The notes under the pieces: generated by a model | The model's database searches: none | What the model was told of the DNA's origin: nothing | Seen by the model: only the letters and a program-made list of their open reading frames with translations | In this document: piece after piece, positions 25,001-37,089 of the stretch | How the letters are laid out: each line of letters begins with the position of its first letter | Position numbering within the stretch: position 1 is the first letter of the stretch | Made by a program: the position numbers and the translations under genes | Assembly (NCBI GenBank): GCA_964187785.1 | Contig: OZ076409.1 | Span: 92,568,001 to 92,632,000 of the forward strand | Direction: 5' to 3' | Length of the DNA: 64,000 nucleotides | Source: Amphiscolops sp. MND2022 | Taxonomy: Eukaryota

Positions 25001-27011
25001 AAAATCCCGTTTTAAATCGATATATGCCGCTAGCTTTTCACCCGATTATCGCAAAATTACAATGTTTGGCTAGTTCTGGGTTTAAGAAAACCTGTCCGAA
25101 TGCGTATTTGAGGTCTACTGACGTGAACCATACCTTTTCTCCCTTTTGCGTTGTGATTGTTTCCGCCAATGTATTTAACAAATCGTCCAAATTTGGCATT
25201 TGGTATTTGTCCTTCTTTATGTTTTCGTTCATTTCTCTAGCACCTAACGCTATCTTTACCGTTTTATCTCGCTTTACTGTGATAACAGTTGGTTGTAAAT
25301 AAACATCGTCTTTAATTTCGTTCACTCTTTCAATGTTTCCGTTTTTTATCAATTTTTCTAAATCTTTTTCGACGGAATCTTGGAGTTGTAATGGTATTCG
25401 ACGTCCTTTTTGTTGTTTTGGTACACAATGTTCTTTAAATTGTGCGTTTATTTCGTGCCCTTCTATGCGGCCGCGTCTTGAGAACAAACCTTCAAACTCT
25501 GTAAACAATTTGTTTTTCGACTTAGTTACACAATTAATTTCACACTCACCACCTTCTGTCTTTAGCTTCACTCCCAAGCCTCTCAACCAGTCTCGGCCTA
25601 TCACAGTACGCGCTCCGTTTTCTGCTAGTAGGGCCCTAACTTTGTCCAGTTTTTTCCATCCTGCTTCGACCTGTCCAATGCTCGCTCCGAGAAATTCAAT
25701 TTTATTACTACTGTAATCAATGTATTTCTCGTTTTCGTCCAATGGTTGCAATTTGTACTTCTTCTTCCCGAATATTTTTTCTACGTGAGCTTTAGTAAAG
25801 ATGGTGATAGGCGATCCGGTGTCGATGAGGGCGTGGAAGGGCTTTCTGTTGAATCGTCCTTTTAGTACGAAGGGTCGATTTGTATATCTTTCTTTCTTCA
25901 TCGATGTGGAGTATTTCTACTTCTTCTCCAGATTCGTTCTCCGAACTGCTCCATTCTGTTTTCTTTTGGACAACGTTAACTTTCCTGTGATACGGTGTCT
26001 TTTGTTTTGTTTCTGGTTGTTTTATGCGGCACATTCGTCCATAGTGTCCCATCTTTCCACAATTTCTACACTGGACGTTTTTTGCCCTGCAGATCTTTTG
26101 ATGTCCAGCGACGAATGGCTTCTCTCCACACTTGTAGCATTCGTTTGTTTTCTCCACGGCGAATACTGGTTCTTCTTTTATAGTTTTTATAGTTGTTGTT
26201 GTTGTCTTTAAACAAATAGTTTTTTTCTGCTGTGCGCCTTCTTCGAAAGCTACTGCGAATTTTAAGGCTTCCTCCGGGCTGTCCTTTGGCTCTGTGAAAA
26301 ACCTTTCCTGTACCGCTGTATTTTTCATATTCGATACAAAAATATCGTACACTAACCCGGTGGTTTGCGTTCCAAAGTCGCAATTTGCAGCTAGTCCGTT
26401 TAAGACGTGCCAAAACTGCTCCAAGCTTTCATCTTTTTTTTTTGCTTTCTATTAGGAAATTTGTGGCGATCCATCAGTCTATTCCTTTTCTTCTGAATCG
26501 CGTCCTGGCATTCCTTCAACAGATCTTTTAGCTTTGTTGCCTTTATGTCCATATCCGGTTTTCGATCTAGTAGCGTTTTTCTAGCAGCCTCCCCAAGTTC
26601 AATATATAAGAAACTTACTGCTTTTTTCTCGGCAATTTGTTCTTCCACTCCTCCCATCAGTTCCTTTTTTCTTGGGTTTGATGTCGTATCTCTTGTTAGT
26701 TCTTCTAGCGATATGGAGGATTTTGCCATGAGTGTCGCCTCAAACAGCTCTATCCATCGACTCCATTCGTATTGTTTTTCTGTGGCTGCATCTTGTCAGA
26801 ATACGGGTATGCCCGATGTTGGTTGGTTGTCTCGCAGCGCCATGTAATAGCTAGCGGCGTAGATAAAAAACGTGAGAATGAATAACTGTATTTCAACTTT
26901 CTCAGACCACAATGGTGATCTATTTTGTTCTAGCAGAACACTGTGTTCAGCTTTGGCAGGTACTTAGTCAACTGAGACTAACTGCTCTTTTCAATCGCGG
27001 TTACTACCACA
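22014..27011 (-). mobile_element. Ty3/Gypsy LTR retrotransposon with short LTRs (Mag-like), degenerate
   Basis: LTRs 22014..22183 and 26843..27011 (~170 bp, TG..CA); TSD AATGT; PBS TGGCGCTGCGAG (tRNA-Ser-like); PPT GGGGGAA. Confidence 0.95.
22321..26843 (-). pseudogene. gag-pol: gag-pol of the 22-27 kb Gypsy; multiple frameshifts and stops
   Basis: CYKCG..H..C and CRNCGKMGHYGRMC knuckles; LIDTGS protease; RT (DLKYAF, FVDD); RNaseH CDAS; integrase VRTDQ/KVERL. Confidence 0.9.
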
Positions 27012-28352
27012 AATGTATTCCAGCTATGAATCTCCGGACAAAAATTCCGAGAAATCTTCAGCTAACGATGATAGGAATATGAACATGGTACCAAATGGAA
27101 ATACAACTCGAGGGCTTTCTAACGGTTCTAACTCAAATCTGCTGTCAGCTGCTGTGATGGAGAAAATCAGTAAAAATTCTACAAAACCACACGTGCAATG
27201 TCATATTGAAAACTATAAAAATCCTCTAAATTCTAGTAAAATTCAACAAAATCGGTTTCATTTCTTCCCCAGCCTATTTCACCTAGTCAGGAGACTGCTG
27301 AGAATGGAGGACATTGCTCTCTTATAGGCAATGATCACACGCATGGCTGTAATGTTGTAAGCAAAAGCTTTACAACAATAACATCAAACAATGCTCATAA
27401 GGCATTCCGATAATTTAAGATCTAGATGCTCTAGATATAGGGAGGTTGTTCCTCTAGAGTAGCTAAGCTTTAATATGGGCAATTGTATAATTTTTCGCGT
27501 ACAGATCGTTTTCTTTTGCAGCCGTTCAATTTTTTTGAGGCAGGAAATGCAAAAAAATTGTCAGATTTATGCATTTTTTGTAACATTCTGAGCAGAAAAA
27601 TGCAAATCTTGCAAGATTTTTGCAAGAGTTAGATTCTAAAAATGCATTTTCTTAAAAGATCTTACAAGAATTCTTGTAAGAATTTTGCAAGGGTTGTGTG
27701 TTTTTTTTACAAAATAGGGACTGCTAATGAAAAGCTTTTTTCTGACTGCAACAATATTTCTATTAGCAATAATCATTGAAAAGATCTGAGAACAACGAAA
27801 GAATTAAAAGAGTGAGCCTTTAGTCTAAAAATCAATCTTTGAAAAAATCTCACAGTGCTGGAGAAAACCCAAAAAGGGTACCCTTTTGTCTTTTCTAGTT
27901 TCGTGAGTTTGTCCAATTTGTAATCTGTGGCCACACAGAAAAAAACTTGTGATAGTAAAAATCGGAAAAACTTACCTATTGTGATTTTTGTGAGCAAAAA
28001 GTTTTCTTGAACCTACCCGTGAGAAACATTGAACCTACCGGAGATAAGTAACTGCATACAATTGTTTCCAGTGAACAACAACTAGTAATTTACAATACAG
28101 GTTAGAATTTCGCCAGGGGGCGGAAGACCTTTCATTTTTTATGGTGTATTTTCAGAATAAAATCGGTAAGGAAGGAAAAACAGATTAATTTTTTAGGAAC
28201 TTTTACCACCAAAGCTAATGAAGTAAACCGAAATGAACACGAATTTCTTTTATTTATGACATAACCTTGGCGCCCAGATATCAATACCAGTGAAAGTGAG
28301 ACACAAATGAGGTTGCTTGCAACCAAGTAACGGAATTGAAGAGCTTACATTA

Positions 28353-28737
28353 CATTTCGTCTAATGCAATTTCAACTTATGCAATTTCAACCGTTGACAA
28401 TTTCAACATATTATATTTTCAACCTTCCGAAACTTCAACTTACACTAATTTCGGCTAATTATTCCTAAAACGGTTGAGGTGGTATTTCATTGTAACAGTT
28501 AGTGGCATGAATAAAACAGGCGTAATTGACGGTGATTGTTCACGGAGCAGCCAAAACGGCATCAAACCTTGCGTAAAAGTTAACAAAATTGGATTTAGAA
28601 ATGTATGAACATGAAAACAACGGAAATTTCAGCCAAAACTAGTATAAGTTGAATTTGCAGAAAGTTGAAAATGCAATAACTTGAAATTGAAAATGGTTGA
28701 AAAGGCGACGTTTGAAAATGCATCTTAGGACAAATTT
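28353..28737. mobile_element. MITE-like element with inverted arrays of ATTTCAAC / GTTGAAAT
   Basis: ~15-bp-period TTTCAAC repeats on the left, inverted on the right; imperfect TIR. Confidence 0.55.
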
Positions 28738-29357
28738 CAATAGGAATTCTTCACACCCTACGGATCAATCTATCAAACAATGTCAGTTGACCAGAAAAAA
28801 AAACATTCAAGGAGCAACCTTTTTTTAAAGTTCATCCTTCCCAAAAAGCTAGCCACCACAGATTGGCTGGATTAGGTTAGCAAAGTTGAGGTCATTCTTT
28901 TGATAATGAGTTCAGCCACTGATTATGAGCCAGTTTATCGCCAGTTTAAATTTGTATGGGCTGAATTTTGATTTGTAAACCTAGTTTGTATATCATTTTA
29001 TACAATTATGTCTTTTGAGGATCACTCAACTATCTTTGAAAGATACGTTGCATAAGATGTTCCAGAAGTTTTCATGGAGAGAATCGACATCGTTTTCTAC
29101 CAATGGCACGTCGAATTTGGGGTCTCGTGGTCGTTCCGTGATTAGAACTGTTTAGTCTACGTCTGGGCTAGAATGATCTTCGATCTGTAAGTCGGGGCTG
29201 TTTGTCATGGCAAATGTTATTTCCCATCATTGACTATTTCTGAACTTAATGCAAACAAAATGCTGGAAAGTTCATTTTTCTTTATTCTGACACCGCCTCC
29301 ATTGGAGTTCGAATCCGCTCGCTCAATCATTATTTCTACTTTACATTTCCAAGATGA

Positions 29358-30864
29358 TGTGATAATCCTCCTGTCACCATGTGATAATCCTCTTCTTCGG
29401 ATTCTTCATTTGGAAGTATTGTTACGTCTATGTCAGATTCATTTTGGAAAAACGGTCTCGCAGGATGTTTTAGGTCTTTCATTTTTGAAGCTCTGAGAGG
29501 ATAAACGTCATTTTCAGAATCTGAACTCTCGTTGTTAGATGCGTGAACTCCTATAGGCTTTGTTTTGGATCGATTCCAAAGGTTGCAAGTCTTGCATTTC
29601 ATTAGTTTCTAATCTTGGGTTTGTGACCGTAGATGCATTTTTATTGGTCTTTATTTCACTTAGAATGGCTTCAAACTTGTTGTCCATTTCTTCCTTCATT
29701 TTTTCAATTCTGTCATTGTTCTTTTGTTCGAATATATCAGTCCAAGCTTGTATTTCGTTACTAATTTGACTTGGTTCAATCAACTGATTCTCTGGGTTAT
29801 TTTCACCTAAACTACCTTGGACAACCGTATTAAAATTAGTTAAAGTCTCATTACCTGTATTGGGTGTTTCGTTTGTGTATTGCTTATTTCTCTCTCTGGG
29901 GAGGGTGTTTCTAGTCTCCTTCATCTTCTATTTCTTTTATTGCCCATCTCACTCAAGAGAAAATGTTGAAATTGCAGGGTTAAGAATTTGAATTAGAGCT
30001 TGGTGAATGTGGAAATCAAGCTGGAGTATCCAAAAACTCCAAAGGAGAAGTTTTTTTGCAAGGAATATTACAATAGTCAGAACAAACTGCATTTGGAGAA
30101 AGTTATTTCAATTATGTCTTTTCCTCTATTTCAACAGAAATTCCAAAATTCCAAAAAGGATGACACGCAATTTTACAGCCTTCATTATCAGGAAAATCCA
30201 ATAATAGCACTTCGTCAGAATACCGTCATCCTATTTATATCCTCTGAGTCATCCCTCTATGACGTTCAGGAACACTTGTGAGTTCTTTAGGACCCTAGAA
30301 AGAAGTTAAACACTAGCATTTATGATATTCCAGCACAATACATCAAAGCATAAAGACAATCCTCCAAAATAAGGCAAACATAGCGAAAAACGCATAATGC
30401 CGCATATGCGTCAATCCTTGAAGCGTAGGATGACGTATGATGAATTGAATGAGAAAAACGCATAGTGACGAGTATTCGTCACTGCTCGAAACGTATAATG
30501 ACGTATACTTGACGTTATGAAAAATGCACAAAAGCGTATACTGACGTATACTCATCATCACTCGAAACGTATAATGACGTATATCATTAGAACTGTTCGT
30601 TCCAAAATGAACTACTAGCTCTGTAGCAAGATTATCAAGATGACTAGATTAAACATTAAGGCCACTTAGAGACAAACAAAATAAATTAGAGTACAAGTTT
30701 TATTAGATGAAATGAACTAATAACCCTGACTATGACAAAAGGTATACAAATAGGTAAATTACATAACTGATGAATGGGTCTTTAACGTCTGATGTTTTAT
30801 TGCAGGTGTTGTTTATTTTCTTATTGGTGCACTCCGGACCCATCGCATCTCTGTGGTCGCGACA
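29358..30864 (-). mobile_element. Element B: collapsed long-LTR Gypsy (one LTR 29380..30864, PBS, last ~12 nt of the other LTR)
   Basis: TSD GATGA at 29353..29357 and 30865..30869; LTR starts TGTCGCG and ends TATCACA; carries Gag N-terminus MGNKRNRR...EEEDYH similar to D. Confidence 0.88.
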
Positions 30865-30896
30865 GATGATCTTCTTCTGGACACGTTAAAGGTTTT

Positions 30897-33800
30897 AATC
30901 AAGACGCCCGCTAAGCACAGGGTTATTTTCCGCTAAAAATGGAACGCATCAGCACGAGTTCAAAAGAACGACCTCGCGTGTGTCAGGCATACATATTACC
31001 AACTGCCCCATGGTGACTAGAATTTACTAAATGGTGTAAAAAGTGAAGATTTGGCAGAATTTGTAAAAACAAACGCAAGAAAGATTATGATCTTCCTTAT
31101 AAGGAATACCTTATAAGGTATACCCAATATTTGTGGGCGGAATTTGATAGATATTTATACAAAAAAGCCCGAATATCTCATTCACTTATGCTGTCCCCAG
31201 ATCCGTTCGCATACGTTCTGGTATTCTATTCGAAGCTACAAACTCAACTAAACAATCTAAAACCCTATCTGAAGTAGGGTTTGATAAAAATAAAACAAAC
31301 AAGTATTTTTGTTCCTTTGGGGCATTTTGAAATGAAGCCGCAAAAATTTATCGGAAATGAGAATGCATATTTCATCACTTGCTTTTGTGACAATTGGAAA
31401 TTTTCAAAAAACTTTTTGTAACTTTAAACAATTACAATTCTTATCTGATGGCCTGCGCTGCGGACAGTTACTTGCTTTATCTACTATCTCGCAATAGATT
31501 CGCGGCCACAACACTTCAGCTGCGTCCCTCAGCATTGTGTCCGGTCTTGACAACACGTGATCGAATTGCGATATATTTTCCTTCCTGTTTTCCGAATTTA
31601 CGAGTCCTTGGTCTAACTATATTTTTCTTTGAAAACAATTTAGGTAACGTTTCTCTCCACAGGGCCAAAAATCGCACATTTCGTGCTGCGTCTCTGGATT
31701 TACTTAATTGCATCGTTTTTTCGCCAATTACGATTTTCCTCGTAAATAGACTGGTTATTTACTTTGCAAAAACGTAACTCGTGGCGTTTCGCGTTTTTTA
31801 AAATCAAATTTCATTGCTTTTCGTTGACTTAAAGATACGTTGGTCTCGGTTGTTGACTGGCTGCTTCTTTCGGTCCCACTGTTAATGGCTGCCACTAACT
31901 AGTAGAAATGGCTCCTCTTACCTCATTTACAATTTAAGCACTACACTAATTGTAAAGTAATCTCTAAACAACTGTTCTCATTTTAATTCTGATCCGGGGA
32001 TGAAGGCCTAAAAAGATATTGACCATTCCCAATGTTCTCAACGAAATATGAAAAACCAGAAATCCAAGTGGCAACATCTATTCAACCCACCTGGATAATT
32101 TACTCGAAATCGATTTTTTTTACCTCTTTATTTTAGGACGCCTCTAGTGTTTAGTGATTTGACACAAAATGGAAATGATTGTCATACACTTAAATTTTAA
32201 GAGTATCTACCGACGATACTAGAGCCAATAGTACAAATTTTTCACTGAGTATTTGGAGTCAATTTCTGTTAGGATTCCGGTAGAATTTCTATCCATGGAC
32301 GGTTTCGTTTGAAGTACGTGAGTTCGGCAACCTTTTTCACTTCATAGTGAATTTTGTGAAATGCGTTAACAAGTTCACCTTGAAAACTTTCCAGATTGAA
32401 AACTCAAGATCTGAAATGATCCTAGTTATTTGTTTTGCAGCCAATATAAGTGGAACCTTCCGGTGATGCCTTGCATTTCATCGTTAAGTGGAGAAATTCC
32501 TGTTCTGATTATTTTGATCCTCAGGACTCTAGTTTTTCTTTGGCAAAGATGCACATTCAGCCTCCAATTGCTAATTCGCCTCGTCAAGTGTTTGCCGTAT
32601 TTCCCACACTTCTGTAAAATGTTGTTCTTTTCACCCTTTGGTTACGAATAATATGTCAACAAGACGCCGTCTATGCACCGGTATATTTTCCGCCTCCATT
32701 TGGCTAACAACAGACAATTAATCGAACAGTTACATCCTCCTTGGTAAAACGCAATTTAAATCGGATATAAAGCCAATATTGGGACATAGCGCAGTGTTTC
32801 CCAACCTCAATTTCTTCCGTGGTAAAACACAATCAACTTCGGATATGACGACAAAAGTTCGGATATAGCGTGCAAGGACAAAAGGGAGCGCTTGTTTTCG
32901 AACCTCTGCCTCCTCAGTAAAACCCAATAATAAATACCAGTAACTAAAAGAGTAAACTAATTAAAATAGTCAAGTAACTAAGTGTAGTGGGTGGATATTG
33001 TGGAGATTTGGCAGAAGTTGGGAAAAATCGCAACACAGATTACGAAATTATATGTGTGCGGAAAGTATTAAACCCGAACTCCTCTCCAAATTCATTGCAT
33101 AGTTTATCCATTTTTTAAAATTCCGTCTGCATAACCTTAAGATAGTCGCGTTATGAAACGGTATGTGCCTGTTGATTCACCTCCGGAAGTCTCAAATTAC
33201 AATAAATCGGTATGAGCAACTTTATGTCGGTACGCGTATAGCATGTCGACCGACGAGTACCCCAAGTCGCTTCCTTCATTCTTCAACCTTTCGGCTACCA
33301 TTTCCATCACACTTTCTGAATTTTGCATTTGATGCTTGTCCTTTTTGACCGCAATATTCGACACACGCACGTCTAGCTTTCACGCACTCTACAATGTTTC
33401 AATATTGTTAAAACTGGTTCTATTCGGATATCATCTCTTATATCGTTACTAAATTGATGTCTTTTCCTTTTTCTTGGACAACCGCTTTTTTCGTTTGAAT
33501 TGGGATTTTCTTCCATTTTTAAAGCGTTGTATTTGCTTCATTAAGATTTTATATTTTTGGTTCAGGGTTTCTGATTTTCTCGATTCGGGCAAAGAGTTTG
33601 GAAACTCTCTCATTTTCGTTTCGTACAATCTCTTGTCTTCATTTAATTCTTCTTCTTTCTCAATCACTGAAACATCTGACTCACAACCTGACACTTGAGA
33701 CTCCGTGAATATCTGTAGTGACAGCAACTCACTACCGATGATTGACTTTACACACTTTTCAGCAACCAATATCCCAGCCTCCCTAGTGTACGTTCCTCCC

Positions 33801-34400
33801 TCTTGTAATTCGATGAACACATAACCAAACAACGCATTTTTCCCCCAGAATCAATGTCCGGATATGCGTATAGTATTTCTTCATTATCTTCTTTATTTCA
33901 TCAAAAGAGACGATTGCGAAAAAAGATAGAAAGCATCTGAACTTGCAATCAACGAGGTCAAAACGTCCATGACTACGTTATTGTGACTCTTTACGTTCAA
34001 CATACACTTACTAACTATTTAATTATTCTCAGTAGTCAATTTCTGTTTGGATTGTTCATAGCTACGATGGAGGTGCGATAATTTTTCAGCATAAGTTGTA
34101 CCAGTCTGTAATCACGTTGGCTTTCAGCTATCTTGTGGTGAAACTAGATGAAGTCAGTTGACTTACAATAACAACCTTACCATATTAGTGGATGGTAAGT
34201 TGATGCGTCAAGAGTTGCGTGCTTTGTTTAGACGCGCTTCAAGGTGAGCCAACGAACCAACAACCAACGGATTACACGAATTATACACCAGTCAGTTCTT
34301 TTCGTTACTTGTTCAGCATCCGAAAACATTCTCGCAATCATTCCAAAATGGTTGTAGTATATCATTCTGAATTCGTACATTAGCAAACTTTTACTACTGC
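30897..34400 (-). mobile_element. Two highly decayed related repeats with integrase-like remnants
   Basis: Similar heads at ~30900 and ~32660 (CAAGACGCC...TATTTTCCGC; GATTTGGCAGAA); minus-strand FVASNRIPERMRTDLGTA near 31200..31250; extent uncertain. Confidence 0.35.
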
Positions 34401-34601
34401 TATTTTTCACCCAGTATATATAAAACACACAATTAGTTATCCCAAGAAGCTCGCTTGAAAATAGATTTAAAAATAGCTAGTTCTTCAATCCATCTTTTTT
34501 TCGTTGTATGACAGAATCGTCTCCGCTTAGTCTCCTTAACGGAAAAACTGTCTAGAAGTCTATGAAAAACATAGACTCAAATGAAATGTATCAATAAATG
34601 G

Positions 34602-35192
34602 AAACAAGCCGGGACCGACCCAAGTCGGCGCCATATCCAAGGCTCAAAAATAGCAAAAGGACTTCCAAGAGTCAATTAACAGTACTCCAAAATAAAAAAA
34701 ATGTACCAAGTGACGCGCTCTAAAAGGCGGACACTTCCGAAAGGGGGCCCTTTGGGATTTTTAAACACCCAATCTGTAGTAAAATATCAAAGAAATTGAA
34801 GGGGGACCCTTTGGAAAGAAACAATTTTTAGAAAAAAAAGTCTCACAATGCCGAAACCGGAAAGGGGGGATCCTTTGGGATTTTCCAACATCCATTCTGT
34901 CGCAAAACAGCAAAAAATGAAGAGGGAACCCTTTGGGGAAAAAATTTTCCGAAAAATGTCTCGCAGTGCCGAAAAAAATGAAGGGGGAACCTTTTGGTCT
35001 CGCCCGGTAAGGTATGTTACGCGGAAAAACAAGAAAAACCTTTTTGGTTCAGTTCGCTGAGCCAAATGGTGCAATTTGGTGCACTAATTTTTTGTAGAAC
35101 TTTAAAGAACTATTTTGGCCAGTTCGTGTGGATAGAAAAAAAAGAGTCACTATAATAGTCGCGTTTCACTCCATGAAAAGCTGACTAAAAAA
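34602..35192 (+). mobile_element. Second copy of the 16048..16560 repeat family
   Basis: Shared head, internal units and 3' end ...GACTAAAAA; related pieces at ~27790..27900, 39620..39900, 46120..46395, 47798..47860 (-) and 47990..48230 (-). Confidence 0.6.
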
Positions 35193-35353
35193 CGGTTTTG
35201 AATTTGACTTGGAGGACCAACAAGGCCAAACTCGCGAATCTGCAATTGATTATTCAATGCGCCATCGAAATGGCACTAGCATTAAAAGAGCCAATTTGCA
35301 ACGGGAAATGGGAGACATTAGAACGCTATTGTATCATTATCACAAAGAATTAC

Positions 35354-37089
35354 TGCCGTGAGTACTGTCTGCATTTTCGTGATTGAGACGATTACGAAAA
35401 AGGTCACTCCTTGAACTACTCCTGATTTTCTGACTAGCATTATCTTCGGAGTTATGTTCCGGTCTCCCGGCCGAGATGTTCCATCCTTTCTGTGTCACTT
35501 GACCTGAACCGGCCTTGAGGGCTTTTTGGATTTGAGGCAAAACTTGATTACTGATTGCAACATTAATAGCCCTCTGAAACTGAGTGCGGACACTGCTCAT
35601 AACCTCGCCCATCTCTCTTGAGATCGTCAAGCTAAGTTCACCTGATAACCTATTAGATTCAGCGCTAGAGTCAGTATCTGCTGAATTATCGCCGTAATTG
35701 ACACCATTACCTGATTTATTTTCCCCAAGGTTGGGATAACTATCTTCCTCATTACCTTCCAACGCATTGTAATTCGGACTATCTGGTCTCCTATTGGAGT
35801 CACTAAATTCACTTTCACCTCTTTTTATTTGATTGTCGCCTAACATAAGATCTAGATTTTCTATGTCAGACAGAATTTCTACTCCTCTAGACTTTCTCGC
35901 TTTCTTCTGTTTTCTGGTAGTATGCATCAAGAAATCCTGATTGCATTAGTTCATTAGGAAATCAGGTTTGAGTGTTTGAAGCGTGTGAATATCAGTAAGT
36001 CAAACAAAATTGTGTCTCTCTCACGGGAAGCTCGAGTATATATACCCCTGAGAGAGTGACATTCACTTTTATACATTGTTGTAAAAACGAAGTAACATTC
36101 CAATTGCGTTTCATCAAACAAAGTATTATGCGGGGTCAAGTTACAAATTCCATGAGGGGCACATGACTAAGGTGAAAGTCCGCTATTAGCATTACACTTT
36201 ATTAGCGGTGTCAACTTTACCAAAGCACCTTAGGTATTTGGCCTAATCGGGTTAAGAAGGAATGTATCAACTAATTATAAATATCAACAAAGATCAATGT
36301 CATCAACGTCACAATGGCATTAGAAATATGCAATAATATTTTTAGTTACGCACTCACGTACGTAAACAAATGTAAATCCGGCTAAATACTAGGCCAATTT
36401 TTTCATGTTTCAACCTTCATGTTGAACTGGTTAAAATGGGATGTTTATCCAAGGACGGACATATCTTCCGTCATATTCGGCCCAAGGACCGGCACATAAA
36501 AGGTAGCATCTCCAATTGGCAAATCAGTATGTGGCAGCAATTATTTATTGTAAAACATAAAAGAAAGCAACTTAAGGACTATTTAGACAGGTCTATATTA
36601 TTATTAGCAAAGTAGCATACTGCACGTGATTAAAAGAATAAGTGACCGAAATCGGCCATTTGACTGATGTTCTAATACTCGTTAGCTTCGCTTGGTCAAT
36701 TATTCGTAATCGGCCCGTATAAATGATACTTCAAAACAGGACTGTTAGCACTGCATTGTGATTGGTTGAATTGCCTTTGGCAAGCAACGTTGCCGAGAAA
36801 GGACGTTTCCGCACTTGAACTCGTTTCCTTTCTGCTGCTTAGTACACTTGCTTCAGCATATTTGTTAACATTACAAATCTCTACAACAAATTGATCATTC
36901 ATCAACGGTTAACAGACTAATAAAATAACTATAACAACAGAGTTTGCAAAAAAACTCAGCTAGTATATTGATTAGATAAAAGTGTTCATTAGTTTGTATT
37001 CTAGTAAATGGGTAGGGTTCCGGGCGCTATTTGCTGATCGTCTGCAGTTGTAGTTATTCTTGTACCATCACAAGCGGCAGCCTGCGACA
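35354..37089 (-). mobile_element. Element C: solo LTR (~1.74 kb) of the long-LTR family, A-like subfamily
   Basis: Starts TGTCGCAGGCTGCCGCTTGTGATGG (SQAAACDG...PGTLPIY*), ends ...CACGGCA; flanks ATTAC/CTTAC; ORF 35340..35930 homologous to the A Gag N-terminus (SDIENLDLMLG). Confidence 0.85.

Larger units (their letters stand above)
21668..27719. mobile_element. Non-autonomous TIR element (CCC...GGG ends, CACTA/EnSpm-like) with a Gypsy nested inside
   Basis: Inverted CTTGCAAAATTCTT / TACAAAAAATG-rich arms at ~21668..21870 and ~27560..27719; flanked by AC on both sides. Confidence 0.45.

Noticed and set aside
33449..33832. 127-aa ORF as a host gene
   Set aside because: Lies in a decayed repeat region with integrase-like remnants; no recognisable domain
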